A stretch of 62,213 bases of DNA, counting the filler, from an uncultured bacterium (GTDB lineage Bacteria > Hinthialibacterota > Hinthialibacteria > Hinthialibacterales > Hinthialibacteraceae): the NCBI GenBank assembly GCA_964449065.1. It is 18 parts of 18 records of this genome, joined end to end, with 100 filler letters (N's around TTAATTAATTAA, not from the genome) between each part and the next. Parts side by side here need not be neighbours in the genome. Positions count along the whole stretch, not along the records: positions 17,730 to 21,151 come from CAYVAZ010000458.1; positions 21,252 to 24,667 come from CAYVAZ010000459.1; positions 24,768 to 28,166 come from CAYVAZ010000460.1; positions 28,267 to 31,664 come from CAYVAZ010000461.1; 14 more parts are not named here. One strand, written 5' to 3'. The notes beneath the pieces were generated by a model. That model did no database searches, was not told where the DNA came from, and worked only from the letters and a program-made list of their open reading frames with translations. Shown in pieces: positions 19,547 through 28,773 of the stretch (positions are counted from its first letter, which is position 1; each line of letters starts with the position of its first letter). The position numbers and the translations under genes are program-made.

Positions 19547-20197
19547 TTAAGGTGTACTAATTTCGAAGAGAGTTTTGATCCAATTTACAAACTCACCGGC
19601 TTGGGGACAATCCGAATCTAAATATTTCTTCAGCACCGCTTGGCCTAATGGAGCCCCCGGATCATCTTGCCATGCAAGCCATGTATGAATGACCGCTTTT
19701 GATGTGTAAGAAGGTTTAAATCTTGGGGTTTCAATCGAATTGACACATTGGTTTGCATACCCAATGAGATCGTCACCCGCCAGGACTAAAAATTGTGTAA
19801 AATCTTCCAGCATTCCCGTCTTTTCATTATCCGGCATAACCCAAATACCGATTGTAGGCGAAAAATCATTATACGGGGGAACAACCAATCCGCCCTTTTG
19901 CGGCTGATCCGGAATGGACGAGTATCCTGCATCACGAAAGGCTTTGGTGACGGATTCCCATCGGGCTGGAAGATTTTCATTGGCATCAACCATAACACCG
20001 AGTTTTGCGTTTTCTTCTCCGTGATGTTGTCGAATTAAAGCGGGGAGTCGTTTAACAAGAAGTTCATACCCACCCAAGTCTTCAATACGAAACCAACTGC
20101 TACTCTCGATACCATGTTGTTTTAAGAGTTGTGCAACAACATGCAAATCATCTCTACCTTCAACCAGTAATGTTTTGTCCGGCGGAAATTCCATCAC
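19547..20197 (-). CDS. DUF3226-like TOPRIM-type protein
   Basis: LLVEGRDD, VMVDAN, GMLEDF, KAVIHTWLAWQDDPG; 4-bp overlap with the ATPase. Confidence 0.75.
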   Translation of the reverse strand: MMEFPPDKTLLVEGRDDLHVVAQLLKQHGIESSSWFRIEDLGGYELLVKRLPALIRQHHGEENAKLGVMVDANENLPARWESVTKAFRDAGYSSIPDQPQKGGLVVPPYNDFSPTIGIWVMPDNEKTGMLEDFTQFLVLAGDDLIGYANQCVNSIETPRFKPSYTSKAVIHTWLAWQDDPGAPLGQAVLKKYLDSDCPQAGEFVNWIKTLFEISTP

Positions 20198-21151
20198 CGA
20201 ACCTCCATTTTAGCCTGCGCGATGTCTTCTAACATCTCTTTTTCAAAAACAGTCGCACAGAATTTCTGTTTCACCTTTGTTAAGCGGATAAGTTCACAAT
20301 CCACATCCTCATGCTCGGAAGACGCTTGATAAAAGGCTTCAATGCAATCCCAACTGTGCGTGGTAGCGAAGACTTGCACGTTAAGGCGCTTGGCGAGAGT
20401 AAAGATTAACTTCCAAACATCCGGCTGCACCGAGTAGTGCAAGCCGTTTTCAACTTCGTCGATGAGTAATGTCCCTTCCTTAGATTTCACAATTGCCAAA
20501 ATCATTTCAAATAATCTGTTAACACCTTCACCTAAACTGCTCATTGCTACAGGTTTATCGCCCCCTTTTAATCGAACTCTAAAATAGTAATTATCATGGA
20601 CTTTAATATCGTATACTGATGGTCTAACTTCTTCCACTTTTGGGTTTATTTCTTTCAATCCATTTTTAATGTCGTCTTCAAATGATGTTAATTCTAGTTC
20701 TTTCCAAAGTTTATACTTTTCATTATCTGCAATTTTGTCAGTATGAATAAAGTATATGTTTTCTTTTATTTCTTCTTTAAAAACAATCGTCTCACTAAAA
20801 AAGTGCTTGAGATTTATATTATTTGGTTCATAATCTGTATAACTTATCAAAATACTATCTTCTAAATCCAATCTAAAAACGTCGTTCATATGTTCTGTCT
20901 GATCATTTAAGCCTACTTTTATAGTTTTGTTTTTATCGCTTAACACAATTTTTGACAATGAGGATAATTGAAAATCATAATCGTGATATAAATGGTTTAA
21001 CATTGATTGAGTATCATTTATATCCCCAATTTTTCTAATTAACTTAGGAGAAAAATTGTTTTTGAAGAGATATATCGCTTCAAGCAATGACGATTTCCCC
21101 ACCCCATTCTCACCGGTAATCAAATTAATCTGCGCAAGCTTATCAATCACC
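20194..21151 (-). CDS. AAA_15/AAA_21 ABC-type ATPase (5' truncated)
   Basis: GENGVGKS Walker A, SLGEG signature, LLIDEVENGLH, ATTHS. Confidence 0.9.
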
Positions 21152-21251
21152 NNNNNNNNNNNNNNNNNNNNNNNNNNNNNNNNNNNNNNNNNNNNTTAAT
21201 TAATTAANNNNNNNNNNNNNNNNNNNNNNNNNNNNNNNNNNNNNNNNNNNN

Positions 21252-21388
21252 CGCAACGAAGAGACTGTCGTTGTTATCCCCCCTTATTAAGGGGGGGGTA
21301 GGGGGGATCGAAGCACGCTTTCAACAACGCAAAATCCCACGCAAAATCCCCCGGAGCCTACGGCTCCACCCCCTTATGTAAGGGGGTT
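21252..21388 (+). repeat. Repeat/MITE family E (CCCCCCTTATTAAGGGGGG hairpins)
   Basis: Matches 41982-42075 and the reverse complement of about 45388-45490. Confidence 0.75.
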
Positions 21389-21537
21389 ATTGTACTGCAT
21401 TTCAAATTTCTCAACGTTTTCATATGGGCATTACTGCCTCCATATTTTGTTGCATTTCTTCTTATTTAGTGACTATCAAAACGGATTTAAATCTCGCAAC
21501 AATACCTACCGTATAAAATTTTGCGTACCGTCAGATA

Positions 21538-22560
21538 CTAATTGACGGACGGGACGTTAAACTGCGTTTCGCTGAGTTTTCCGGGCACTTGCCCGTTGTT
21601 GGAAAACCCGCCCTGCCGCCCGGCATTGCTTTGCGGATTTCTGTTGCCGCCCAAATTGGTCATGTTGCCGGCGGGGATATCGGTTGTGGTCATTAACGTT
21701 TCGCCGTTATCCATTGTCATGGTGATTTTAATGACTTGGGGCGGCCCTTTTTCGCGCACGATAATATCGGTGAGCGCGTTAAACGTAGGGCTTTGGACCG
21801 AGGTTTTGTATTCCCGCACGATTTCTTTGGAATCCCAATCCGTTCTAAAACTATCGGAATCGGCGTATTCGAATTTGATTTCTTTGATGTGTTCTGCCAG
21901 TAAATACGATTTGTTAATGGTGCCGTAATCGCCGATATACACATCCAAGGGCGGGGCCTCGGGATTGTTGCCGACGGGGCGGTAGCGCACATCCGTGGTG
22001 CCGGCGGAGGCGAACGTAAAGCCGTTCAACTGGGTTTGAAACTCGACCTGATACCACCACGAGGCGCGCTTGATCATTAGCAGCGATTTCACCACGGTGA
22101 GCAGCAATTGTTCTGTTTGGGGATCAACGTGAATTTTGCACACCTGCAAATCGAAAGGCGGGTTGGAGTTGAGTTGGTATACCTTGCGGGTAAAGACGAC
22201 AAAGTCTTCTTGGCCCACGAATTCAATTTTGCCGGGGTCGCGTTCTTGTACGACCGGCCCGGTCATGGCCGCAAAGGCTTGTTCGGGCGGCAGGATTTGG
22301 ATTTGGGTATCGGGCTGCCAAAAGGCGTTGCCGGATAACGCGAAACGTAGTTCATCCGCCACTTGGCGTAGGCCGATGCGGGCCGCTTGGTTGATTTCCA
22401 TCGCTTGGATGCCGTTGGTGTGCGCGACCATGGCGGTATTTAACATGCTGTAGGCGCCCACGACCACCAAGGCCATGATGGTCATGCCCAAAATTAACTC
22501 GACGAGGGTAAACGCGTTTTGGTGTTTACCGTTGTTTTTCTGTTTCATGGTATGCTTCAT
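21538..22560 (-). CDS. Minor pseudopilin (GspJ/PilW-like)
   Basis: NA|FTLVELILGMTIMALV class III signal. Confidence 0.85.
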   Translation of the reverse strand: MKHTMKQKNNGKHQNAFTLVELILGMTIMALVVVGAYSMLNTAMVAHTNGIQAMEINQAARIGLRQVADELRFALSGNAFWQPDTQIQILPPEQAFAAMTGPVVQERDPGKIEFVGQEDFVVFTRKVYQLNSNPPFDLQVCKIHVDPQTEQLLLTVVKSLLMIKRASWWYQVEFQTQLNGFTFASAGTTDVRYRPVGNNPEAPPLDVYIGDYGTINKSYLLAEHIKEIKFEYADSDSFRTDWDSKEIVREYKTSVQSPTFNALTDIIVREKGPPQVIKITMTMDNGETLMTTTDIPAGNMTNLGGNRNPQSNAGRQGGFSNNGQVPGKLSETQFNVPSVN

Positions 22561-23102
22561 CGTCTTTGCCTGCTTCCACCCCTCGACCGACTGCCGCGCA
22601 TGGTGGGTTGATAGCCGTTTACGACAAAATCGTTATAGCGGGCGGTCGGCACCATTGAGATCAGTTTGAATCCTTCCGGGTTGCGGCGGTTGTACCAGTT
22701 GGAACGGAGTTGCTGTTCTTTTTGTACCCACACGGCGATCAGGTAGGCATCGTGGTCTTTGCTGTAATCGACTTTTGCCGTCCAGATGAAATCGCGCAGA
22801 CCGCTTTCGTCAAATTTGCCGCTGAAGGTGCCCAAATCGGCTAACGGTTTGAACGAGTACATCATTTCGTATTCGTGAATTTTGCTTTTGGCCAAAAAGA
22901 TCAGTTTGGATGTCTCGCGCGCTTTGCGGGCGGCGTTGATGGAGTTTTGAATCGAACGCAGCAATCCCGTTCCGGCCACCGCCAGGATGGTCATGGAGAG
23001 CAAGACCTCGACCAAGACGAAGGCTTTGGCCATTTGTTTGACCTGCCGCCGGTAGGCGTTTAACTCGGTTTGATTTTGTGCTGCTTGAAACACACGAAAC
23101 AT
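22557..23102 (-). CDS. Minor pseudopilin (GspI-like)
   Basis: KA|FVLVEVLLSMTILAV; start may be downstream at MAKAF. Confidence 0.8.
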   Translation of the reverse strand: MFRVFQAAQNQTELNAYRRQVKQMAKAFVLVEVLLSMTILAVAGTGLLRSIQNSINAARKARETSKLIFLAKSKIHEYEMMYSFKPLADLGTFSGKFDESGLRDFIWTAKVDYSKDHDAYLIAVWVQKEQQLRSNWYNRRNPEGFKLISMVPTARYNDFVVNGYQPTMRGSRSRGGSRQRR

Positions 23103-23111
23103 GGTTTTGAC

Positions 23112-24107
23112 CTACAATAAGTTTGGATCGTCGTAATAGCCCCGATAAAAATCCGAGCCTTGTTTTTCGGTTCTGCCTTCCATCATTTGAACATTGCCGG
23201 TTGCGGGGTTGATCTTCACGAAAATCCGCATTTCCTTATCGCGGTCTTCCGCCAACCGCAAGAGCGTGAAAAAGGCGGCATCGGCTGACCCGTCGGGGTA
23301 AAAGGTGAACGATTCCTCTCCGCGTTTGACTTCATCGTCGGTGCTGACTTTGTAGACAAACTCGAAGATGAATCCTTCGGGCAATTTTCCTTCAATTTCT
23401 TTGACAAACTCGGTTCGGTCGCGTCTGGTACTGCGCCCGCGTGAGGTGCTGCTGCGGCGGCCGCGGCGGGTGGAGTAGACCCGTTTTTCTTCGACCTGCT
23501 CGACGGGCACCCAGAAGCGGTTTTCGCTGACATCCACAAAAAACGAGATCGGGTAGCGCTCCATCACCGCGCGCTGCTGGGCGTAACGCAACGCGCTGAC
23601 AAAATGCGCCGAGGCCTGCTGCATCTCCGACTTGGACCACAGCGAATTGAAGCTGGGGATTCCCAGGGCGGTGATGACCGCGAGGATCATCACCGCCAGG
23701 GAGATTTCAATTAGTGTAAAGGCGCGTTTCTCCTTCTCCCCTTGGGAGAGGGCTGGGGTGAGGGAGCAGTAGATTTCATCAACAATATCATCTAATTTTG
23801 AAAAGATATCATTATTCCAATAACGAATAACTTTAATCCCCTGCGATTCAAAATATTCTGTCCGTTCCCGGTCATGCTTTACAATATCTTCTTCTATGTG
23901 TTGACCGCCATCCAATTCAATCACCAATTTTGCATCGTGACAGTAAAAATCCGCAATGTAATTACCAATTGGATGTTGTCTTCTAAACTTCATTCCTGCA
24001 ATCTTTGAACCTCGTAATTTACTCCACAATAGTTTTTCCGCCTCGGTTTGATTCTTCCGAAGGTCTCTACAATTTTGTTTTATGATTGTGGTTAGAGGCT
24101 TCTTCAT
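23112..24107 (-). CDS. DUF559 (Vsr-like) endonuclease fused to a GspH/FimT-like pseudopilin
   Basis: N-terminal LRKNQTEAEKLLW..FRRQHPIG..ADF..IELDGGQH..VIRYWN, then REP-encoded SLTPALSQGEKE, then RA|FTLIE and FYPDG. Confidence 0.88.
   Translation of the reverse strand: MKKPLTTIIKQNCRDLRKNQTEAEKLLWSKLRGSKIAGMKFRRQHPIGNYIADFYCHDAKLVIELDGGQHIEEDIVKHDRERTEYFESQGIKVIRYWNNDIFSKLDDIVDEIYCSLTPALSQGEKEKRAFTLIEISLAVMILAVITALGIPSFNSLWSKSEMQQASAHFVSALRYAQQRAVMERYPISFFVDVSENRFWVPVEQVEEKRVYSTRRGRRSSTSRGRSTRRDRTEFVKEIEGKLPEGFIFEFVYKVSTDDEVKRGEESFTFYPDGSADAAFFTLLRLAEDRDKEMRIFVKINPATGNVQMMEGRTEKQGSDFYRGYYDDPNLL
23730..23765 (-). repeat. CCCTCACCC...CCCTCTCCC-type REP, translated in frame
   Basis: Inverted relative to the copy at 24123-24157; encodes SLTPALSQGEKE. 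Confidence 0.85.
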
Positions 24108-24157
24108 GGTTTATCCGCGCTTCCCCTCACCCTAACCCTCTCCCAGGGGGAGAGGGG
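24095..24157. repeat. 55-nt REP+start-codon module, copy 1
   Basis: 24095-24149 is identical to 24613-24667. Confidence 0.92.
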
Positions 24158-24175
24158 ATGGATGTTGAGATTCTT

Positions 24176-24625
24176 TTAGTCCTTCTTTTCATGTTTCACT
24201 TCTAGTGTTCTATCGTCTTCGGTTCCGAAAGTTGAATCGAGACCGCTATATTTCAAGATATACAAGAGGTCTTCCGAACCAACATATTTATATTGGTATT
24301 CGAGTTCTTCGGTTTTTAAATTCAATAAAAAACTTTTTCTAAGCAGCCGCGGGCCATTCCAACCTTCGATTTTATCTTGCAAGAAGATCTCAAGACCTTC
24401 TTCGTTTGTCGGATATCGTCCAAAGGTTTTATGAAACTGATTCAATTCCAATTTAATCAACGAAAATCCTGAATCGGCCATCATTTTGTTTGCGTTTTTC
24501 ACCTGTTGACGAATCTCTTCCCGCTTCGATTCAATAATAATTTCTGTATAAAAGCCGCAACCATTCATTATAATTATTGTTATGAAGCAAAGACTATGTG
24601 ATAAAAAGAACTGAGGCTTCTTCAT
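24176..24625 (-). CDS. GspG-like domain protein lacking a prepilin signal, possible lipoprotein
   Basis: FGRYPTNEEGL, WNGP, SGLDSTFGTEDD; lipobox-like MNG|C. Confidence 0.7.
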   Translation of the reverse strand: MKKPQFFLSHSLCFITIIIMNGCGFYTEIIIESKREEIRQQVKNANKMMADSGFSLIKLELNQFHKTFGRYPTNEEGLEIFLQDKIEGWNGPRLLRKSFLLNLKTEELEYQYKYVGSEDLLYILKYSGLDSTFGTEDDRTLEVKHEKKD

Positions 24626-24667
24626 GGTTTATCCGCGCTTCCCCTCACCCTAACCCTCTCCCAGGGG
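24613..24667. repeat. 55-nt REP+start-codon module, copy 2 (runs into contig end)
   Basis: Identical to 24095-24149. Confidence 0.92.
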
Positions 24668-24767
24668 NNNNNNNNNNNNNNNNNNNNNNNNNNNNNNNNN
24701 NNNNNNNNNNNTTAATTAATTAANNNNNNNNNNNNNNNNNNNNNNNNNNNNNNNNNNNNNNNNNNNN

Positions 24768-25146
24768 AACTGATGTTACGCAATCAATGATTGACTATTG
24801 CTTGAAAATGGTTTTTTTATAAGCCAACTATTCTAGAGTATGTTCCAAAAGTATGTTCGTTTTGGGGAGCATCGGCTTCCAGCCGGTGCGTGATAAAATG
24901 ATTTGTAATCTGAACGTATTTTTGGCAATCACTATAAGCTAAGCGCAATGTCTATCGTCTTCTCCCTTTGGGAGAAGATAAGAGATGAGGGTGATGAGAG
25001 CGATTGCTCCCCATGACGCAATGGCGTAATTAGAGGTGTATTCCTCCCGAACCCTCACCCCGTCCCTCTCCCGGTGGGCGAGGGCGATAGATTCAGCGAA
25101 CGATGAGAAAAACGGGCATATCATAATGTAGTGCGTAACATGAGAT
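24768..25146 (+). mobile_element. MITE family D with nested insertion
   Basis: TIR AACTGATGTTACGCA/TGCGTAACATGAG; homologous copies at 35241-35511 (reverse) and 38723-38921. Confidence 0.82.
24834..24936. mobile_element. About 100-bp MITE nested in family D at a TA
   Basis: Absent from the 35241 copy; TA at both ends; imperfect 25-bp TIR (18/25 by eye); internal GCATCGGCTTCCAGCCGGTGC REP. Confidence 0.75.
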
Positions 25147-25161
25147 AGGAAATTCACATAG

Positions 25162-26565
25162 ATGAACCAAACCACACTCTACCTACGGGAAGACACCATC
25201 GCCGCCCTCTCCACCCCGCAAGGGGCAGGGGCCGTCGCGCTCATCCGCGTTTCCGGCAAAGAAGCCATCTCCATCACACAAACCATTTTTCAGCCACAAG
25301 GCAAATCCAATTTATCCAAGCCGCGGGTGGCTTGTCATGGAACCATCATCGATCCGGAACACGGACAGCATGTGGACGATGTGTTATGCACCGTCTTCCT
25401 TTCACCCAAATCCTACACTGGAGAAAACGTGGTTGAGATCACCTGCCACGGCAGCATGGCGGTCGTTCGCAAAATACTCGAACTGCTCTATCAACATGGC
25501 GCGCGCCCCGCCGAACCGGGTGAGTTCACCTTCCGCGCGGTACGCCGCGGCAAAATGGATATCGCCCAAGCCGAAGGAGTCGCAGCCCTCATCGAAAGCC
25601 GTTCGCAACTGGCACGCAGCCTTTCTCTGCGTATGTTAGAAGGAGCGTTTTCGCGCGATTTACAAGCATTGAAAGATGACGTGGTCTCCGTTTTGGTTGA
25701 AGTCGAAACCCAAATCGAGTTCCCCGACGATTCGATGGAAGAAGAAATCTGCCAAAACCTCGAAGAACGCACCCAAGCCCTGTTTGACAAAATTCAGCGA
25801 ATCCAAAAAAACGCCGTACGCCAGCAGCGCTTTGAGCAAGGCGTAATGGTGGTCTTGGCGGGAAAACCCAACGTCGGCAAATCCAGCCTCTTTAACCGCC
25901 TGCTGGGCAAAGAACGCGCCATCGTAACCCCCCACCCCGGTACCACCCGCGACAGCATCGAAGGCACCATCGAACTGCGCGGCTGCCCCGTTACGCTAGT
26001 CGATACCGCCGGCTTGCGCGAAACGCAGGAAGAAATTGAAGCCATTGGCATCGAGCGTTCCAAACAACTGCTCACCACCTCGCACATCATCCTCTTCATA
26101 TTCGAAGCGAAAGAAGGCATCACCCCGGCAGACCAACACCTGCTGCACGACATCGCCAACGGATCAAGCAACTCACAACTGATTTTGGTGGCCAACAAAG
26201 AAGACCAACTACAAAGCGAATTCAACCCGGTTGCACTCGAACAGAATTATACAGTCCTCAAAAGCTCGGCAACCCAAGAAGGCGGCGTGGATTCGCTACT
26301 CGCCGCGTTGGAAAAACGGGTGCAATCGATGATCCCCGCTGAAGGCGACAACGCTTACATGATCACCAGCCGCCAGGAACACATCTTGACCGAATGCACC
26401 CAGACTTTAGACCGTGTCGCGCAATGGATGAAAGAACGCCACCCCATGGAACTCCTCGCCGAAGAATTGCGCGGCGCCCTGAAGCAAATCGCCCAACTAG
26501 ACGGCACTGGCATAACACCGGATATTATGAGCGCCATCTTCTCAACATTCTGCATTGGAAAATAG
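25162..26565 (+). CDS. mnmE: tRNA modification GTPase MnmE
   Basis: DTIAALST, SYTGE, GKPNVGKS, GTTRD, DTAG, NKED, C-terminal FCIGK. Confidence 0.97.
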   Translation: MNQTTLYLREDTIAALSTPQGAGAVALIRVSGKEAISITQTIFQPQGKSNLSKPRVACHGTIIDPEHGQHVDDVLCTVFLSPKSYTGENVVEITCHGSMAVVRKILELLYQHGARPAEPGEFTFRAVRRGKMDIAQAEGVAALIESRSQLARSLSLRMLEGAFSRDLQALKDDVVSVLVEVETQIEFPDDSMEEEICQNLEERTQALFDKIQRIQKNAVRQQRFEQGVMVVLAGKPNVGKSSLFNRLLGKERAIVTPHPGTTRDSIEGTIELRGCPVTLVDTAGLRETQEEIEAIGIERSKQLLTTSHIILFIFEAKEGITPADQHLLHDIANGSSNSQLILVANKEDQLQSEFNPVALEQNYTVLKSSATQEGGVDSLLAALEKRVQSMIPAEGDNAYMITSRQEHILTECTQTLDRVAQWMKERHPMELLAEELRGALKQIAQLDGTGITPDIMSAIFSTFCIGK

Positions 26566-26758
26566 ATTGATTCTAAAAATAGGTTTCGGGTAGCACCGGC
26601 TTCCAGTGCATTTCAGAGTTAAATAGCCTGGGAGCATTGGCTTTCAAACGAAGCAATCTGCTTTTTCACGTTGAATGGAACCAATCATCCAAATGAGCAA
26701 TGGTATGTTTAGTTCGCGCGCAACATATTTTTACCCCGTTCTAATTACACCGTATTTC

Positions 26759-28000
26759 CTACGCGGGCAAAAACTCCCTCTTGCCATGGTCATACCGCAT
26801 CATCCGTTTCTGCTGGATCGATTCATACGCCAATAGAGTCGCCACCGCGTGCTGATATCCCGCTTCGATATCCGCGTTCGGCTGCCTACGGGTGCGCAGA
26901 CATTGCAGCCAGTTCTCTATATGCCGCGGAATATCCACATCCGGCACCTGTGCTTCTTCCTCAATCGGATTTTCCACGCTCGCCCCGTCTCCCGAAATGA
27001 TCGGCTTGCGCCAGTCGGTGGCGTCTATCAAACCGCGTGTTCCTTGAAACCGCGTATAGTTCCCGGCTCCGTTGCCATAACACGCGCCAAAGCTCACCAT
27101 AAACCCTTCCGGATAATCCAACAACGCATGAACAGAATCCGGCTGCGTGCGCCGGTCATCAAACGCGTATGTCCCGTTCATCGCCACTGCGGTTGCCGGA
27201 AACTTCGCGCCGGTAATGTAATGGACCAAATCGATATAGTGGCACATCATGGTAGTAATCGCTCCCAGTGAGAAATCGGTATACCCATACCAAGCCGTGT
27301 GCTGATCGCCGTCAAACGGCCGGTCCTTGCGGTTAAATAAAAACGCGTCCCAATGCGTGTCCGTTTCCTGGATTGGCTTTTTATACCGAACCCAATACGG
27401 TTCCGCGCTATTGCGGATTTGCGATATTTTCACAATAGTCCCCAGCGCGCCTTCCTGCACCGCCTTCCTGCATCCGGTAAACGAGGGATAACTCCGCAGC
27501 TGCGTTCCGATCTGCACCACCCGGCCGCTGCCTGTAACGGCGTCATAGCACATCCGTGCTTCCGCAAGGGTAAATGCCAGCGGTTTTTCACAATAGGCGT
27601 CTTTCTTCGCGCGCATGGTTTCGGTCAAAATGGTTGCATGGGTATGTTCCGGTGTGGCAATCACTACCGCGTCAATCGAATCATCCGCCAGCATATCTTT
27701 ATAGTCATGAAAACGCTTCGGCCGCTTTCCCCATGCGTTTTCTACCATCTTCGCCGCCTGCTGTCTTGGCTCGCTCCACACATCGCACACCGCCGCAATC
27801 TCCACGTTCTGCTCATCCCGTAAGCGGATGATATCCGCCATCAGCGCTTCCCGCCCGCGCTGCCCGCATCCAATCACACCAATCGCGATCGTATCATTCG
27901 CGGATTGTGCCCGGGTTGGAATTAGCATGGCGGATGAGGCCATGGCAATTTGGGAAAAAGCTGCTTGGGATAAAAAAGTCCGGCGGTCATGGCGCTTCAT
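26759..28000 (-). CDS. Tat-exported Gfo/Idh/MocA oxidoreductase
   Basis: DRRTFL, GVIGCGQRG, IATPEHTH, YCEKPL, QIGTQ. Confidence 0.92.
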   Translation of the reverse strand: MKRHDRRTFLSQAAFSQIAMASSAMLIPTRAQSANDTIAIGVIGCGQRGREALMADIIRLRDEQNVEIAAVCDVWSEPRQQAAKMVENAWGKRPKRFHDYKDMLADDSIDAVVIATPEHTHATILTETMRAKKDAYCEKPLAFTLAEARMCYDAVTGSGRVVQIGTQLRSYPSFTGCRKAVQEGALGTIVKISQIRNSAEPYWVRYKKPIQETDTHWDAFLFNRKDRPFDGDQHTAWYGYTDFSLGAITTMMCHYIDLVHYITGAKFPATAVAMNGTYAFDDRRTQPDSVHALLDYPEGFMVSFGACYGNGAGNYTRFQGTRGLIDATDWRKPIISGDGASVENPIEEEAQVPDVDIPRHIENWLQCLRTRRQPNADIEAGYQHAVATLLAYESIQQKRMMRYDHGKREFLPA

Positions 28001-28056
28001 GGTAACTCTCCTGTATTGGGTTTCTGGTAAAATAAAAAGGATTATTCTTTGTATAA

Positions 28057-28166
28057 TATCATTTTTAAATAGAAAAGTTCACTATGAATGACGGAACGGA
28101 AAATAGTATTGATAATAGTGCAGGCATCTTGCCTGCAAAAGCCTTTGTCTCCCCCAAAGCATTTGG
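28057..28166 (+). mobile_element. MITE family A, left end (partial)
   Basis: Near-identical to 6485-6594. Confidence 0.8.
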
Positions 28167-28266
28167 NNNNNNNNNNNNNNNNNNNNNNNNNNNNNNNNNN
28201 NNNNNNNNNNTTAATTAATTAANNNNNNNNNNNNNNNNNNNNNNNNNNNNNNNNNNNNNNNNNNNN

Positions 28267-28773
28267 CAGCATGAGATCATCCCGCTAGATGTGTTCATTC
28301 AAAACCGGAAATACAATGCGTTGGAAGGGGCGCAGGTTGAGGTAACGGTGACTACGCCATCCGGCATGGAATTGCCGCTGCCGGTAGACGAGTCGATTCA
28401 GGAGGCGGGCGTGTATCAGTTGGAGATGGAGAGCGGCGAAGCGGGGATGTATACGCTTTCCATCACGGCAAAAGACCAAGAACTTACACCGATTGCTGAG
28501 CATTCCGAGGCGGTACTGGTTCAACCGGATATGCGGGAGTTTCAAAACGCGCGGTTTAACCCTGCTTTTTTGCAAGATATATCGAACCGGACCGGAGGGC
28601 AATATTTCCATCTGAGTGAGATGAGCCGGTTGGTGGATCAATTGCCGTGGAATCCAAGCGAAGATGCCAAGCAAAAGACGGTTTATTTGTGGCATCATCC
28701 ATTCTTTTTAACACTGTTGATCGTCTTGCTTTCGGTTGAATGGTTCTTGAGAAGAAGAAAGGGCTTGGCGTAA
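28267..28773 (+). CDS. C-terminus of a membrane-anchored protein (VWA/glutamine-amidotransferase-associated type; 5' truncated)
   Basis: LQDISNRTGGQY and LLSVEWFLRRRKGLA tail. Confidence 0.7.
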   Translation, partial: QHEIIPLDVFIQNRKYNALEGAQVEVTVTTPSGMELPLPVDESIQEAGVYQLEMESGEAGMYTLSITAKDQELTPIAEHSEAVLVQPDMREFQNARFNPAFLQDISNRTGGQYFHLSEMSRLVDQLPWNPSEDAKQKTVYLWHHPFFLTLLIVLLSVEWFLRRRKGLA

